Part shown: positions 29,666 through 38,465 of the stretch, one piece after another
Layout of the letters: the number at the start of each line of letters is the position of its first letter
How positions within the stretch are numbered: position 1 is the first letter of the stretch
DNA from: Saprospiraceae bacterium
GTDB lineage: Bacteria > Bacteroidota > Bacteroidia > Chitinophagales > Saprospiraceae
Direction: 5' to 3'
Assembly (NCBI GenBank): GCA_016714085.1
Contig: JADJNW010000019.1
Location: forward strand, 11,248-75,247
DNA: 64,000 bases
Translations under genes and position numbers: made by a program
Notes under the pieces: generated by a model
What the model saw: only the letters and a program-made list of their open reading frames with translations
What the model was told of the DNA's origin: nothing
Databases searched by the model: none

Positions 29666-32600
29666 ATGGCGATTACTCTACGTACCAAAGCGCTGCTTAT
29701 GGCGGCAGGTTTACTTACATCATTGGCTTTATCCGCACAAAATCACCCTATTACACAAGGGATGATTAGAACTTGTGGCGGTTTTTTTCTGGATAGTGGT
29801 GGCAATGACCAAGGCTATAATCCTGATGAAAATTATACCGCTACTATTTGTTCGGATGGTTCTACGGGCACGCACGTGCAACTCACTTTTTCGAGAGTGG
29901 AAGTCATTCCCGGCGATTCGCTTTGTTTTTATGATGGGAATAGCGCCGCGGCACCTCCCTTATCCTGTATTGCTGATTTCAGTTACGAAGGTCCTTTTAT
30001 TATTCAAGCTACAGCAGCCAACCCTTCAGGATGTATTACGGTTGTTTTTAAATCGAATGCTACAGATCAAGGAAGCGGCTGGAGTGCTGACATTAATTGC
30101 ATTCAATCTTGCCAGACCATTTTATCGGAAATAGTTTCTGCCACGCCAGCTATCGAGCCTGCGGACACTGGTTGGATTGACCTTTGCCCGAGCGATCGTG
30201 TAACCTTGTCGGCAAGAGGAATTTATCCTCAAAACGGAATTACCTATACCCATTCTGATTTAACTTCCGAATTTATGTGGGAATTTGGGGATGGTAGCAC
30301 AGCGGTTGGGCCAAATGTTTCCCATGAATATCGGGAATCGGGAGGCTATATCATTCAACTCATTATTACCGACGCACAAGGCTGTCGCAGCACCAATTTT
30401 ATCAATCAGCGCGTCAGGGTTGCGCCCAAGCCAACTTTCGCAGTAGGTGATAGCATTCCCTTGGAAATTTGCTCTGGCGATACAATTGCCTTGAATTCTA
30501 TAATTAATGAAATCAATCGCAATTATTCTTTATCGGTCATTTCTAATGAAGCCACTTTCCAGGCAGGAGCAATTCGTTCTGACTCCTTAGCATTGCCCGA
30601 TGGTACTGGTAATTCTCATGAAACCAGTGTGAAATTGCAAAATTTCTCTCCGGGGCAAGTGCTAGAAAACGCGGGTGATCTGGAAAGTATTTGTGTGAAT
30701 ATGGAGCATACCTGGCTACGTGATTTGGAAATCCGATTATTTTGCCCCAATGGTCAATCTATTATCTTGCACAATTTTGGTGGGCGCTCCGGTTCGGAGG
30801 TGTATCTGGGAGAGCCGGTAGATTTCGATGGTACTAACCCAACTCCTGGGCGAGGCTACGATTATTGTTGGACAAACGACGCTGCGAATACTTGGCTGGA
30901 ATATGCCAACGCGAATTCTCCAAGAATTTTACCGTCTGGCGATTATAGCCCTTACGAATCTTTTCAGAATTTGATAGGCTGCCCTTTGAATGGCGAGTGG
31001 ACAATAGAAGTGCTTGATTCCTGGGCAATTGACAATGGCTTTATTTTCTCATGGGGTATTAATTTTAATCCAAACTTATTCCCGGAACTAGAAAAATTCA
31101 AACCAAATATTGTCAGTGATACCTGGGAAAACAATCCTACTATTTTTGATTTTTCATCATCTGATATTAACGCCAGTCCGTTGAATGCCGGTAGCGCCAA
31201 TTATGTCTTTCAGGTGACCGATGATTTTGGTTGCGTTTTTGACACTTCCTTAAATATCAAAGTATTGCCGCCAACGCATCCGAATTGCCGCAATTGCAGC
31301 GAGAGCCTTCGCCCGGCGCAGGATACCATTATTTGCGAGGGTGAAACCGTAGCTTTCAATGTTGGTGCGGGACCTACTTCAGAGACTACAACCGTTACTT
31401 TTGAAAGCTTTCCACAATACAGTTTTGGGAATTCCAATCACCCGCCAAGCAATCCTTATAATGCGAATATTAATGTGAATAGCATTTTTCCGGCTACGAT
31501 TACCAATGTCAATCAGCAAATCTTATCGGTTTGTATGGATATTGAAACCGATTTTCTATCAGATTTAAGGATATTTCTGATTTCACCCTCAGGGCAAAGT
31601 CTGGAATTGACTACTGGCAACGGCGGAAGCACAGATTTCTATACGAATACTTGCTTTTCGCCCACCGCCACTACGCCAATCACTACTGGCACATCTCCTT
31701 TTACGGGAACTTACCGACCGGAAGGCAATTGGAATGTATTAAATGGCGCCACCGTAAACGGCAATTGGAGTTTGCGGATTACAGATGCCCTGGGTACTAC
31801 CGAAATGGGGATTTTAAAATCCTGGTCGATTACTTTTCAATCAACCAATACAACTCAATACACCTGGACGCCGGGAACAGGCCTATCCTGCACTAACTGC
31901 CCCAACCCGGTGGCTACGCCAAGCGCTACAACAAATTACGTCGTTCGGGTCAATGATAATTATAATTGCGGAGCAAGCGACACCGTAACCGTAAATGTCG
32001 TTCGAGATGCGCCTGCGCCTGTCGTTTCTTGTGGATTAAGTCCTGACAGTACTGCATTGGTGTTTGATTGGTCGGCGATACCCGGCGCTTCCAATTATGA
32101 AGTGAACGTCATCAAAAATGGTACAGCCTCGGGCTGGCAAGGGCCGGTGAACGGCTTGCAATATTCGCTCGATGATTTGATCAATAATGATACGGTTTCA
32201 TTGGAAGTGCGCCTTTATACTGGCGGTCAACCCATTAATTGCAATGTAGAAATCGGCACGGCAACTTGCGCTTACCTGGTTTGTGAATTGGATATTGATT
32301 CGCTCGGCTCTACGCCGGTGGATTGTTTTGGCAATAATACAGGTACTGCCTTTATTGCTGTTTCCGGCGGTATGGGCGGCAATTACCGATACCTTTGGAA
32401 CGATACACTTCGACAAATCGAACAAACCGCTATATTTTTAGAGGCTGGCACTTATCGTGTCGTCGTTCGAGATGAAATCAACTGCATCGCTTCCGCAGAT
32501 ATTACCGTTGAACAGCCGGATTCTATCTCAATCACTACCCAAGTGACCGATGCACTATGTGTTGACGATGCCAATGGGAGCATTGCAAGCACCGTAAACG

Positions 32601-34459
32601 GAGGTGTTGGCACCTACACTTACAGTTGGAGCAACGGCCAAACCAATGCAAACGCCAGCAACTTAACGGCTGGTGATTATACATTAAGCGTGACCGATGC
32701 CAACGGCTGTATGGCTCAAGCCCGAGCCAGTGTAGATGAACCCGATAATCCTGTGACTATAACCGTAGAACAAACTTTCAAGGGCTGTAGTGGGGAGCGC
32801 AATAACGAAGCAACGATCACCCCTGCCGGAGGAACGGGTGCTGGTTATACTTTCAATTGGAGCAATGGCCAAACCACTGCGATTGGAGTTGATTTGGATT
32901 CCATCAATTATGCGGTCACTGTTAGCGATGCCAATGGTTGTCAGGCAGTAGAAAGTATCAAATTGCAAGACTGGGCACCAATTGTTCCCAATATCATTAT
33001 GAGTGCGCCCCTTTGCAATGGTGATACCAATGGCGCTTTGGGTGTAAACATCGTCACAGGTGGGGCCGGCCAAAGCGAGACCGATTATACCTTTCAATGG
33101 AGCACCGGCCAAACCGGAAACGCCATTAGAGATTTGGCTGGAGGCATCACTTATACCGTCACCGTCACCGATATTCAAGGTTGCATTGGCCTTGCTTCGC
33201 GCTTGCTGGAGCAACCACCACAAGTTTCTTTTGAAATCAAAGTAACCGAGCCGCTCTGCTTTGGCTCCGATAATGGTTCAGCCACTGTCACCAACCTGGT
33301 TGGACAAGGCACAACTTTCTCGTATCGCTGGGATCAAAATGCCAAGAATCAAACGACCCAAACCGCCACTAATCTGATCGCTGGCAGCTACACGGTCACG
33401 GTGACCGATGCTAAAAATTGCAGAAGCACAGGTACAATCGCTATTACACAACCTTCCAGAATCGAAAGTCTCTTCGATGTAGTGAATAATAAGTGTTTTG
33501 GCGAAGACAAAGGCGTCATCACCTCCAATATCAAAGGCGGAACGCCCGGCTACACCTTTGCCTGGTCAAATAATGAAACCAATTCCAAGCTGAGCGATTT
33601 GGTCGCTGGTACTTACACCTTGACTGTGACCGATGCCAATAATTGCATTCATACTACAAGCGTTGCCGTGGACGAACCCGATCAACTGAGCGCTGAATTC
33701 AAGATAACCGACGCCACTTGCAATGGCGACCGCGACGGCCGCGTGAGCGTGACCCCCATTGGCGGCACAGGGCCTTATCAATACAGCCTGGACAACAAGA
33801 ATTTCAGCACAACCAGCACATTTATTGCTTTAAAAGCAAACGATTATAAAATCTACGTCAAAGACGCCAATGGCTGTACCTATTTGGATAGAGCTATTGT
33901 AGGCGAACCCGCCAAATTCATCGTCGATGCGGGCGATAACTCTTACACCATTCGCCTCGGCGACAGCCTTCAACTGACCGCCACTTCCCTCAACGGGCAA
34001 GGCTTTATTTCTTACGCCTGGTCTGCGCCTTTCGGCAATTCTTTAAGCTGTAGCGAATGCGAAACCGTTACCGCTGCTCCGCAAGACATGATTATTTATG
34101 AATTGTACGGAATAGACGAAAAAGGCTGCGAAGCAACCGATAGAGTAACCATCGTCGTACAAAAAATCCGCGAAGTGGCTGTACCCACCGGCTTTACGCC
34201 AAATGCCGACGGCAGCAATGATCTTCTCTTAGTCCACGGCTTGGACGGCACGCGCATCAAAATGTTCCGAGTCTATGATCGCTGGGGCGAATTGCTCTAT
34301 GACTTCGGCGGCTTTATGGTCAACGATAAAAACAGTGGCTGGGACGGCAATTTCCGAGGAAAGCCTATGAACAGCGGCGTCTATATCTGGTATCTCGAAG
34401 TAGAATATATCGACGGTATGACCGAAGCTTTAAAAGGACAAACCACTCTGATTCGTTAG
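29666..34459 (+). CDS. Giant T9SS type-B sorting domain adhesin-like protein (CUB-like, PKD, two proprotein-convertase P-domains, ~8 SprB-type repeats, type-B CTD)
   Basis: It has a signal peptide and a CUB-like CGGFFLDSGG..YTATICSD..LCFYDG..GWSADINC. A PKD motif (WEFGDGSTAVGPNVSHEY) follows, then two P-domain-like segments (CVNMEHTWLRDLEIRLFCPNGQS; CMDIETDFLSDLRIFLISPSGQS). Repeats have the form C.G..NG......GG...Y.Y.WSNGQT......L.AG.Y.VTVTDANGC. The C-terminus is VPTGFTPNADGSNDLLLVHG...VYDRWGELLY...GVYIWYLEVEY..G...LKGQTTLIR. Confidence 0.9.
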   Translation: MAITLRTKALLMAAGLLTSLALSAQNHPITQGMIRTCGGFFLDSGGNDQGYNPDENYTATICSDGSTGTHVQLTFSRVEVIPGDSLCFYDGNSAAAPPLSCIADFSYEGPFIIQATAANPSGCITVVFKSNATDQGSGWSADINCIQSCQTILSEIVSATPAIEPADTGWIDLCPSDRVTLSARGIYPQNGITYTHSDLTSEFMWEFGDGSTAVGPNVSHEYRESGGYIIQLIITDAQGCRSTNFINQRVRVAPKPTFAVGDSIPLEICSGDTIALNSIINEINRNYSLSVISNEATFQAGAIRSDSLALPDGTGNSHETSVKLQNFSPGQVLENAGDLESICVNMEHTWLRDLEIRLFCPNGQSIILHNFGGRSGSEVYLGEPVDFDGTNPTPGRGYDYCWTNDAANTWLEYANANSPRILPSGDYSPYESFQNLIGCPLNGEWTIEVLDSWAIDNGFIFSWGINFNPNLFPELEKFKPNIVSDTWENNPTIFDFSSSDINASPLNAGSANYVFQVTDDFGCVFDTSLNIKVLPPTHPNCRNCSESLRPAQDTIICEGETVAFNVGAGPTSETTTVTFESFPQYSFGNSNHPPSNPYNANINVNSIFPATITNVNQQILSVCMDIETDFLSDLRIFLISPSGQSLELTTGNGGSTDFYTNTCFSPTATTPITTGTSPFTGTYRPEGNWNVLNGATVNGNWSLRITDALGTTEMGILKSWSITFQSTNTTQYTWTPGTGLSCTNCPNPVATPSATTNYVVRVNDNYNCGASDTVTVNVVRDAPAPVVSCGLSPDSTALVFDWSAIPGASNYEVNVIKNGTASGWQGPVNGLQYSLDDLINNDTVSLEVRLYTGGQPINCNVEIGTATCAYLVCELDIDSLGSTPVDCFGNNTGTAFIAVSGGMGGNYRYLWNDTLRQIEQTAIFLEAGTYRVVVRDEINCIASADITVEQPDSISITTQVTDALCVDDANGSIASTVNGGVGTYTYSWSNGQTNANASNLTAGDYTLSVTDANGCMAQARASVDEPDNPVTITVEQTFKGCSGERNNEATITPAGGTGAGYTFNWSNGQTTAIGVDLDSINYAVTVSDANGCQAVESIKLQDWAPIVPNIIMSAPLCNGDTNGALGVNIVTGGAGQSETDYTFQWSTGQTGNAIRDLAGGITYTVTVTDIQGCIGLASRLLEQPPQVSFEIKVTEPLCFGSDNGSATVTNLVGQGTTFSYRWDQNAKNQTTQTATNLIAGSYTVTVTDAKNCRSTGTIAITQPSRIESLFDVVNNKCFGEDKGVITSNIKGGTPGYTFAWSNNETNSKLSDLVAGTYTLTVTDANNCIHTTSVAVDEPDQLSAEFKITDATCNGDRDGRVSVTPIGGTGPYQYSLDNKNFSTTSTFIALKANDYKIYVKDANGCTYLDRAIVGEPAKFIVDAGDNSYTIRLGDSLQLTATSLNGQGFISYAWSAPFGNSLSCSECETVTAAPQDMIIYELYGIDEKGCEATDRVTIVVQKIREVAVPTGFTPNADGSNDLLLVHGLDGTRIKMFRVYDRWGELLYDFGGFMVNDKNSGWDGNFRGKPMNSGVYIWYLEVEYIDGMTEALKGQTTLIR
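32270..33930 (+). repeat. Coding tandem array of ~8 SprB-type repeats (~75-80 aa each) inside the giant adhesin gene
   Basis: Repeat cores seen in the translation end ...RVVVRDEINC, ...TLSVTDANGC, ...AVTVSDANGC, ...TVTVTDIQGC, ...TVTVTDAKNC, ...TLTVTDANNC and ...KIYVKDANGC. Confidence 0.8.
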
Positions 34460-34531
34460 TTTTAGTATGTCTCAAAAACCAATTTCACCTGGGCGGGGCC
34501 TTCGGGCTTCGCCCCATTTAAAAAAAGAATC

Positions 34532-35587
34532 ATGAAAAATACCTATACACTTATTCTCATCTTCTTTTTCGTTGCAATTGCGCAATTGGCACAAGCACAA
34601 GACCCGCGCTTCTCGCAGTTCTACGCTTCTCCTTTGAATCTAAATCCCGCTATGACAGGCGTGTACGAAGGCCAATTCAGAGTAGTTGCCAATTACAGAG
34701 AACTATACAATAGCATTTTGGGCAGTGAGCCTTTCCGCACGATCTCTGCCAGCTTCGATATGCGGCATCAGGTCAATCGCGGCAATTACGTTGGCTTTGG
34801 TGTCAATCTGATGCGCGATGCAGCAGGTCTTTCCAATTTCAATCGCCAAACCGCAGCCGTGAGCGCTTCCGTTATGAAACAACTCAACGGCGGCCGCTAC
34901 CGCGCCAATGACCAATTTCTCATCGCCGGCGCGCAATTAGGTGTCGGACAACACGGTTTGAACTGGAGCAAGCTCTGGTTTACCAATCAATACGATCAGG
35001 AAAACGGCGCGATCAATTTTGATAATCCGAGCGGGGAAGGTTTTCTCAATAACAGCTCCGATATGTACATCGACTTCAACGCTGGCGTCCTCTGGTACGC
35101 CCTTTTCGACGAACGCCAGAGCATTTACGTCGGCGGCGCTTTGCATCATCTCAATTCGCCGAATATTTCTTTCCTCGACCAGGAAGATGAGCTTCCCTCC
35201 CGTTGGGTGGCGCATATGGGTGGCGAATTGCCTTTCGGCAAAGAACTGAGCATTCTTCCTGCCATCGCGGTGATGGGTCAAAACCAATCGCTAAGCACCA
35301 CAATGGGAGCAAACTTCCGCTTCACCAACCGCGAATGGCGCGAACTGGCGCTACGTGCAGGCGCTTGGGCACACGTTGTGAACCAACTCGAAAGCGGCTT
35401 TGCTTTAGACGCGATCACTGCCACCGCTATTTTGGAACTCGAAGCCTGGAATCTTAGCTTTAGCTATGATATTACCACTTCTACTTTGACCGCTGCTAAT
35501 AATGGTCGCGGCGCATTTGAAGTATCGCTGATTTACATGCACCCGGCGAAAGCCAGACGAAGCGATGTGAACTGCCCGAATTTCTAA
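34532..35587 (+). CDS. PorP/SprF-family type IX secretion system membrane protein
   Basis: After the signal peptide comes QDPRFSQFYASPLNLNPAMTG, the hallmark PorP/SprF N-terminus. The rest is a beta-barrel-like body ending FEVSLIY. It lies immediately downstream of a type-B CTD protein, the usual pairing. Confidence 0.9.
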   Translation: MKNTYTLILIFFFVAIAQLAQAQDPRFSQFYASPLNLNPAMTGVYEGQFRVVANYRELYNSILGSEPFRTISASFDMRHQVNRGNYVGFGVNLMRDAAGLSNFNRQTAAVSASVMKQLNGGRYRANDQFLIAGAQLGVGQHGLNWSKLWFTNQYDQENGAINFDNPSGEGFLNNSSDMYIDFNAGVLWYALFDERQSIYVGGALHHLNSPNISFLDQEDELPSRWVAHMGGELPFGKELSILPAIAVMGQNQSLSTTMGANFRFTNREWRELALRAGAWAHVVNQLESGFALDAITATAILELEAWNLSFSYDITTSTLTAANNGRGAFEVSLIYMHPAKARRSDVNCPNF

Positions 35588-35616
35588 AATGCCCCGTTAG
35601 GTCACGAAGGACTCCT

Positions 35617-35750
35617 TTGGAGGGCAGAATATCGGTAGAAATGAGGCCACCCTCCAATTGGCGTGCCGTTAGGTACGCAACCGTTTGGATATATGGCGTA
35701 CCTAACGGCACGCTAAATCAGGAGGGGTAACAATTTTCTACCGATATTTC
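35617..35750. repeat. Nested palindromic element (three concentric helices) between convergent genes; possible bidirectional terminator, REP/MITE-like repeat or structured RNA
   Basis: The inner arms form a perfect 18-bp inverted repeat: 35661-35678 gcgtgccgttaggtacgc with 35696-35713 gcgtacctaacggcacgc. The middle helix pairs ccctcc (35650-35655) with ggaggg (35721-35726). The outer arms form a 14-bp inverted repeat: 35628-35641 aatatcggtagaaa with 35735-35748 tttctaccgatatt. Confidence 0.7.
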
Positions 35751-35798
35751 GTCCTGCTGTTACGATTCGTATAAAAATTCGGGAGGACTCTTATTATA

Positions 35799-36575
35799 TT
35801 ATAAATTTTTCCCCTCACCTGCATCCCTGCTCCATGTTCTGGTATTCACCTCAAACCCCCAATCGCCCAATTCCTGCTCCCTGCCCCTGCAATAACCCAA
35901 TAGCAAATCGCGGACGGATTTTACGATATACTTCACGGTGTTTGGCGTTTTGGATGTCTGTCCGCGCTCGATACCAAGCGCCAAATTGCGGGTTTGGGTA
36001 GCATTTTCCTTGTCGCGGATTGCCTTTGCGGCGTCTTCCTGTCTCTTTTCGGCGTCTTCCAGTTTCGTTCGCAGCATTTCCATATCCAAATGATGGAGCA
36101 AACTATTCGCACCATCCTGGTCATGCTTTTGCAATATATTTTTCGCCAATTGAATCAAAAGATGAGGGCCGGTGGGAATAAGGATTCTGACTCCTTTTTT
36201 GGGTGTGGAGACTTCATAACCCCAGTTGCCGAGCATCCGTTCGCTGCCGCGGTAATGCCCCAGCAAAATATCCCTGACCGCAGTGACAAAATAGCGCACC
36301 GTACCTTCCAGATAGGCGCTTTGATTGCGATGCAGCCCAAGCAATAAGTTTCGCTCCTCGATAAGCTTTTCTTTTAGTCGATCCAAATCCTTGCATCGGG
36401 TGTTTTCGGCGCGGGCGATGTCCAGTTTGATTTGAAATAAGGCCATAAGCGCTGGTGGCAGGATGCTATTGGCGCCATCTTGTTGATGCTTTTTCCAAAC
36501 ATTAGTAGCTAAAGCCAATAAAAGATCGGGATTGTCAGGTACAATGACCGAGAAGGTTCGTGTTTTCATGTGCAA
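35799..36575 (-). CDS. Hypothetical protein built from two tandem ~125-aa homologous halves
   Basis: Half 1 is VIVPDNPDLLLALATNVWKKHQQDGANSIL...VRYFVTAVRDILLGHYRGSERMLGNWGYEV. Half 2 is ILIPTGPHLLIQLAKNILQKHDQDGANSLL...VKYIVKSVRDLLLGYCRGREQELGDWGFEV. I do not recognise the family. Confidence 0.6.
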   Translation of the reverse strand: MHMKTRTFSVIVPDNPDLLLALATNVWKKHQQDGANSILPPALMALFQIKLDIARAENTRCKDLDRLKEKLIEERNLLLGLHRNQSAYLEGTVRYFVTAVRDILLGHYRGSERMLGNWGYEVSTPKKGVRILIPTGPHLLIQLAKNILQKHDQDGANSLLHHLDMEMLRTKLEDAEKRQEDAAKAIRDKENATQTRNLALGIERGQTSKTPNTVKYIVKSVRDLLLGYCRGREQELGDWGFEVNTRTWSRDAGEGKNL

Positions 36576-36778
36576 TTTGCTTTTGTACGAAGAATTGGAA
36601 TAAGAAGGACTAAAAATAGCAAGTTTTTTATATAATTCGCATAAAATTACTCCTTTTTTGACTAAAATCTATGATTCAGCGATTTAAATATTCCAATCTA
36701 CGATAGAAATATATTAATTCTCAATTCTAATTTATCATATTTTGTTTAAAGCATATCAACTCAGGTCTTAAAAATTGT

Positions 36779-36841
36779 AATCCGTGATTTAAATATATCA
36801 ATCCGTAATTTAAAAAACTAAATCCATGTCTTATAATATTC
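36779..36841. repeat. Three tandem imperfect 21-bp repeats (iteron-like) inside a 620-bp AT-rich intergenic region
   Basis: The units are aatccgtgatttaaatatatc (36779-36799), aatccgtaatttaaaaaacta (36800-36820) and aatccatgtcttataatattc (36821-36841). Confidence 0.7.
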
Positions 36842-37196
36842 ATAATTTAACCACAAAACATACTTTTTGCACACCCAAAATTTAATTCTTTTATTCTGAA
36901 ATTTAATTATGTTAGATGTAGAATGATATATTTAAGACAGGAATTAAATATTTTAAGACAGGTATTTAAATATTTAAATTGAATATTATAAAAATTCAAT
37001 ACAAAAATGAATTTCATTTAAACTGACCTGGAATTTTTTAATAAAATTAAACTTATTTGATAGGATATGGAGTTGGCTTCGAGGATTAGCCTTTAGATTT
37101 TTTGGGGTAAATACTTTTCAATCGACTCGGTAGCTAAAAGTAGGGCATCGGGCCATTTTTTATGATCGAAACTTTTTACATTGCGGCAAAAAAAAT

Positions 37197-38357
37197 ATGC
37201 ATCTCAGTGACATCCTGACGCATCTCGGCGAAGATCGGGAGCAATATTTCAACGCCGTAGCACCGCCAATAGTGCAGTCCAGCAATTTTGCTTTCAAAAC
37301 GCTCGATGAATTTCGGCAGGCTTTTACGAACGAATTAGAAAATCATATTTACACGCGTGGCAACAATCCGACGGTGGCTATTCTACGCCAAAAACTTGCG
37401 GCTTTGGAAAGTGCAGAGGATGCGCTGGTGCTGGCGAGTGGCGCTGGCGCTGTAGCGAATGCGGTGATTGCGAATGTAAGCGCGGGCGATCATGTCGTGT
37501 GTGTGGATGCGCCTTATTCTTGGACGAAAATTTTATTGACCAAATTGCTACCGCGTTTTGGAGTGACGTACACTTTTGTGGATGGAAGGGATATTCAACA
37601 TATCGAAAATGCGATTCAATCCAATACAAAGCTCCTCTATCTGGAAAGCCCGAATTCGTTGACGTTTGAGTTGCAAGACTTAGAAGCTTGCGCCAATTTG
37701 GCAAAATCAAAAGGCATTATTACGTGCATCGACAATAGCTATTGCTCGCCTGTTTTTCAGCAGCCGATCAAGCATGGGATTGATATTGTAGTGCATTCGG
37801 GTACCAAGTATCTCAATGGCCATAGCGATGTAGTTGTGGGTGTCATTTGCAGCAGCAAAGAAATGATTCAGAAAATTTTTGATACGGAATTTATGACATT
37901 GGGCGGTATTATCTCTCCACATGATGCCTGGCTCGTGATGCGCGGGCTGCGTACCTTGGAATTGCGCGTGAAGCGTAGTTTTGAAAGCGCTTTTAAAATC
38001 GCTCAATATTTAGAAAGCCACCCGAAGGTAGAAAAAGTAGTAGATACCTGGCTTCCTTCCTTTCCTCAGCATGAATTGGCAAAGAAGCAAATGCTTGGGG
38101 CAGGTGGCTTGTTGTCGATTTATTTAAAAGCCGATTCTATTGAAAAAGTGGAAGCGTTTTTTCATCGTTTGCAAAGATTTTTGCTGGCGGTTTCCTGGGG
38201 CGGGCACGAGTCATTGGTGTTGCCTTCCGCCGGATTTTATAATATTCCCGGTCGCCCCGATTCTACTACTCCCTGGAATTTATTGCGTTTTTACATTGGA
38301 TTGGAAGACCCCGATTGGTTGATCGAAGATTTGGAGCAAGCTTTAGAAATTATATAA
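37197..38357 (+). CDS. PLP-dependent trans-sulfuration enzyme (cystathionine gamma-synthase / beta-lyase / methionine gamma-lyase family)
   Basis: YTRGNNPTV, LASGAGAV, DNSYCSPVFQQPIKHGIDIVVHSGTKYLNGHSDVV (PLP lysine in SGTKY) and WGGHESL are present. Subfamily assignment is not possible by eye. Confidence 0.85.
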   Translation: MHLSDILTHLGEDREQYFNAVAPPIVQSSNFAFKTLDEFRQAFTNELENHIYTRGNNPTVAILRQKLAALESAEDALVLASGAGAVANAVIANVSAGDHVVCVDAPYSWTKILLTKLLPRFGVTYTFVDGRDIQHIENAIQSNTKLLYLESPNSLTFELQDLEACANLAKSKGIITCIDNSYCSPVFQQPIKHGIDIVVHSGTKYLNGHSDVVVGVICSSKEMIQKIFDTEFMTLGGIISPHDAWLVMRGLRTLELRVKRSFESAFKIAQYLESHPKVEKVVDTWLPSFPQHELAKKQMLGAGGLLSIYLKADSIEKVEAFFHRLQRFLLAVSWGGHESLVLPSAGFYNIPGRPDSTTPWNLLRFYIGLEDPDWLIEDLEQALEII

Positions 38358-38465
38358 TTTGGAGGTTTGGAAGTTTGAAACTTGATGAAGCAAAGTAAGA
38401 CAGATATATGCTCGTCCCTCTTTCTACACGAATACGTCTCTATGCCTTTATTCCTTTGCGCCTCA

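Noticed and set aside
32270-33930. Periodic DNA repeats that might be mistaken for a CRISPR array or satellite
   Set aside because: The period is ~230 nt, the copies are imperfect, and they lie fully inside one open reading frame encoding SprB-type protein repeats. There are no short identical direct repeats with unique spacers and no cas genes.
37040-37196. Possible SAM or other riboswitch upstream of the trans-sulfuration (metC/metB-like) gene
   Set aside because: None of the conserved SAM-I/SAM-II core sequences or a convincing multi-stem junction is visible. There are only weak 4-bp hairpins.
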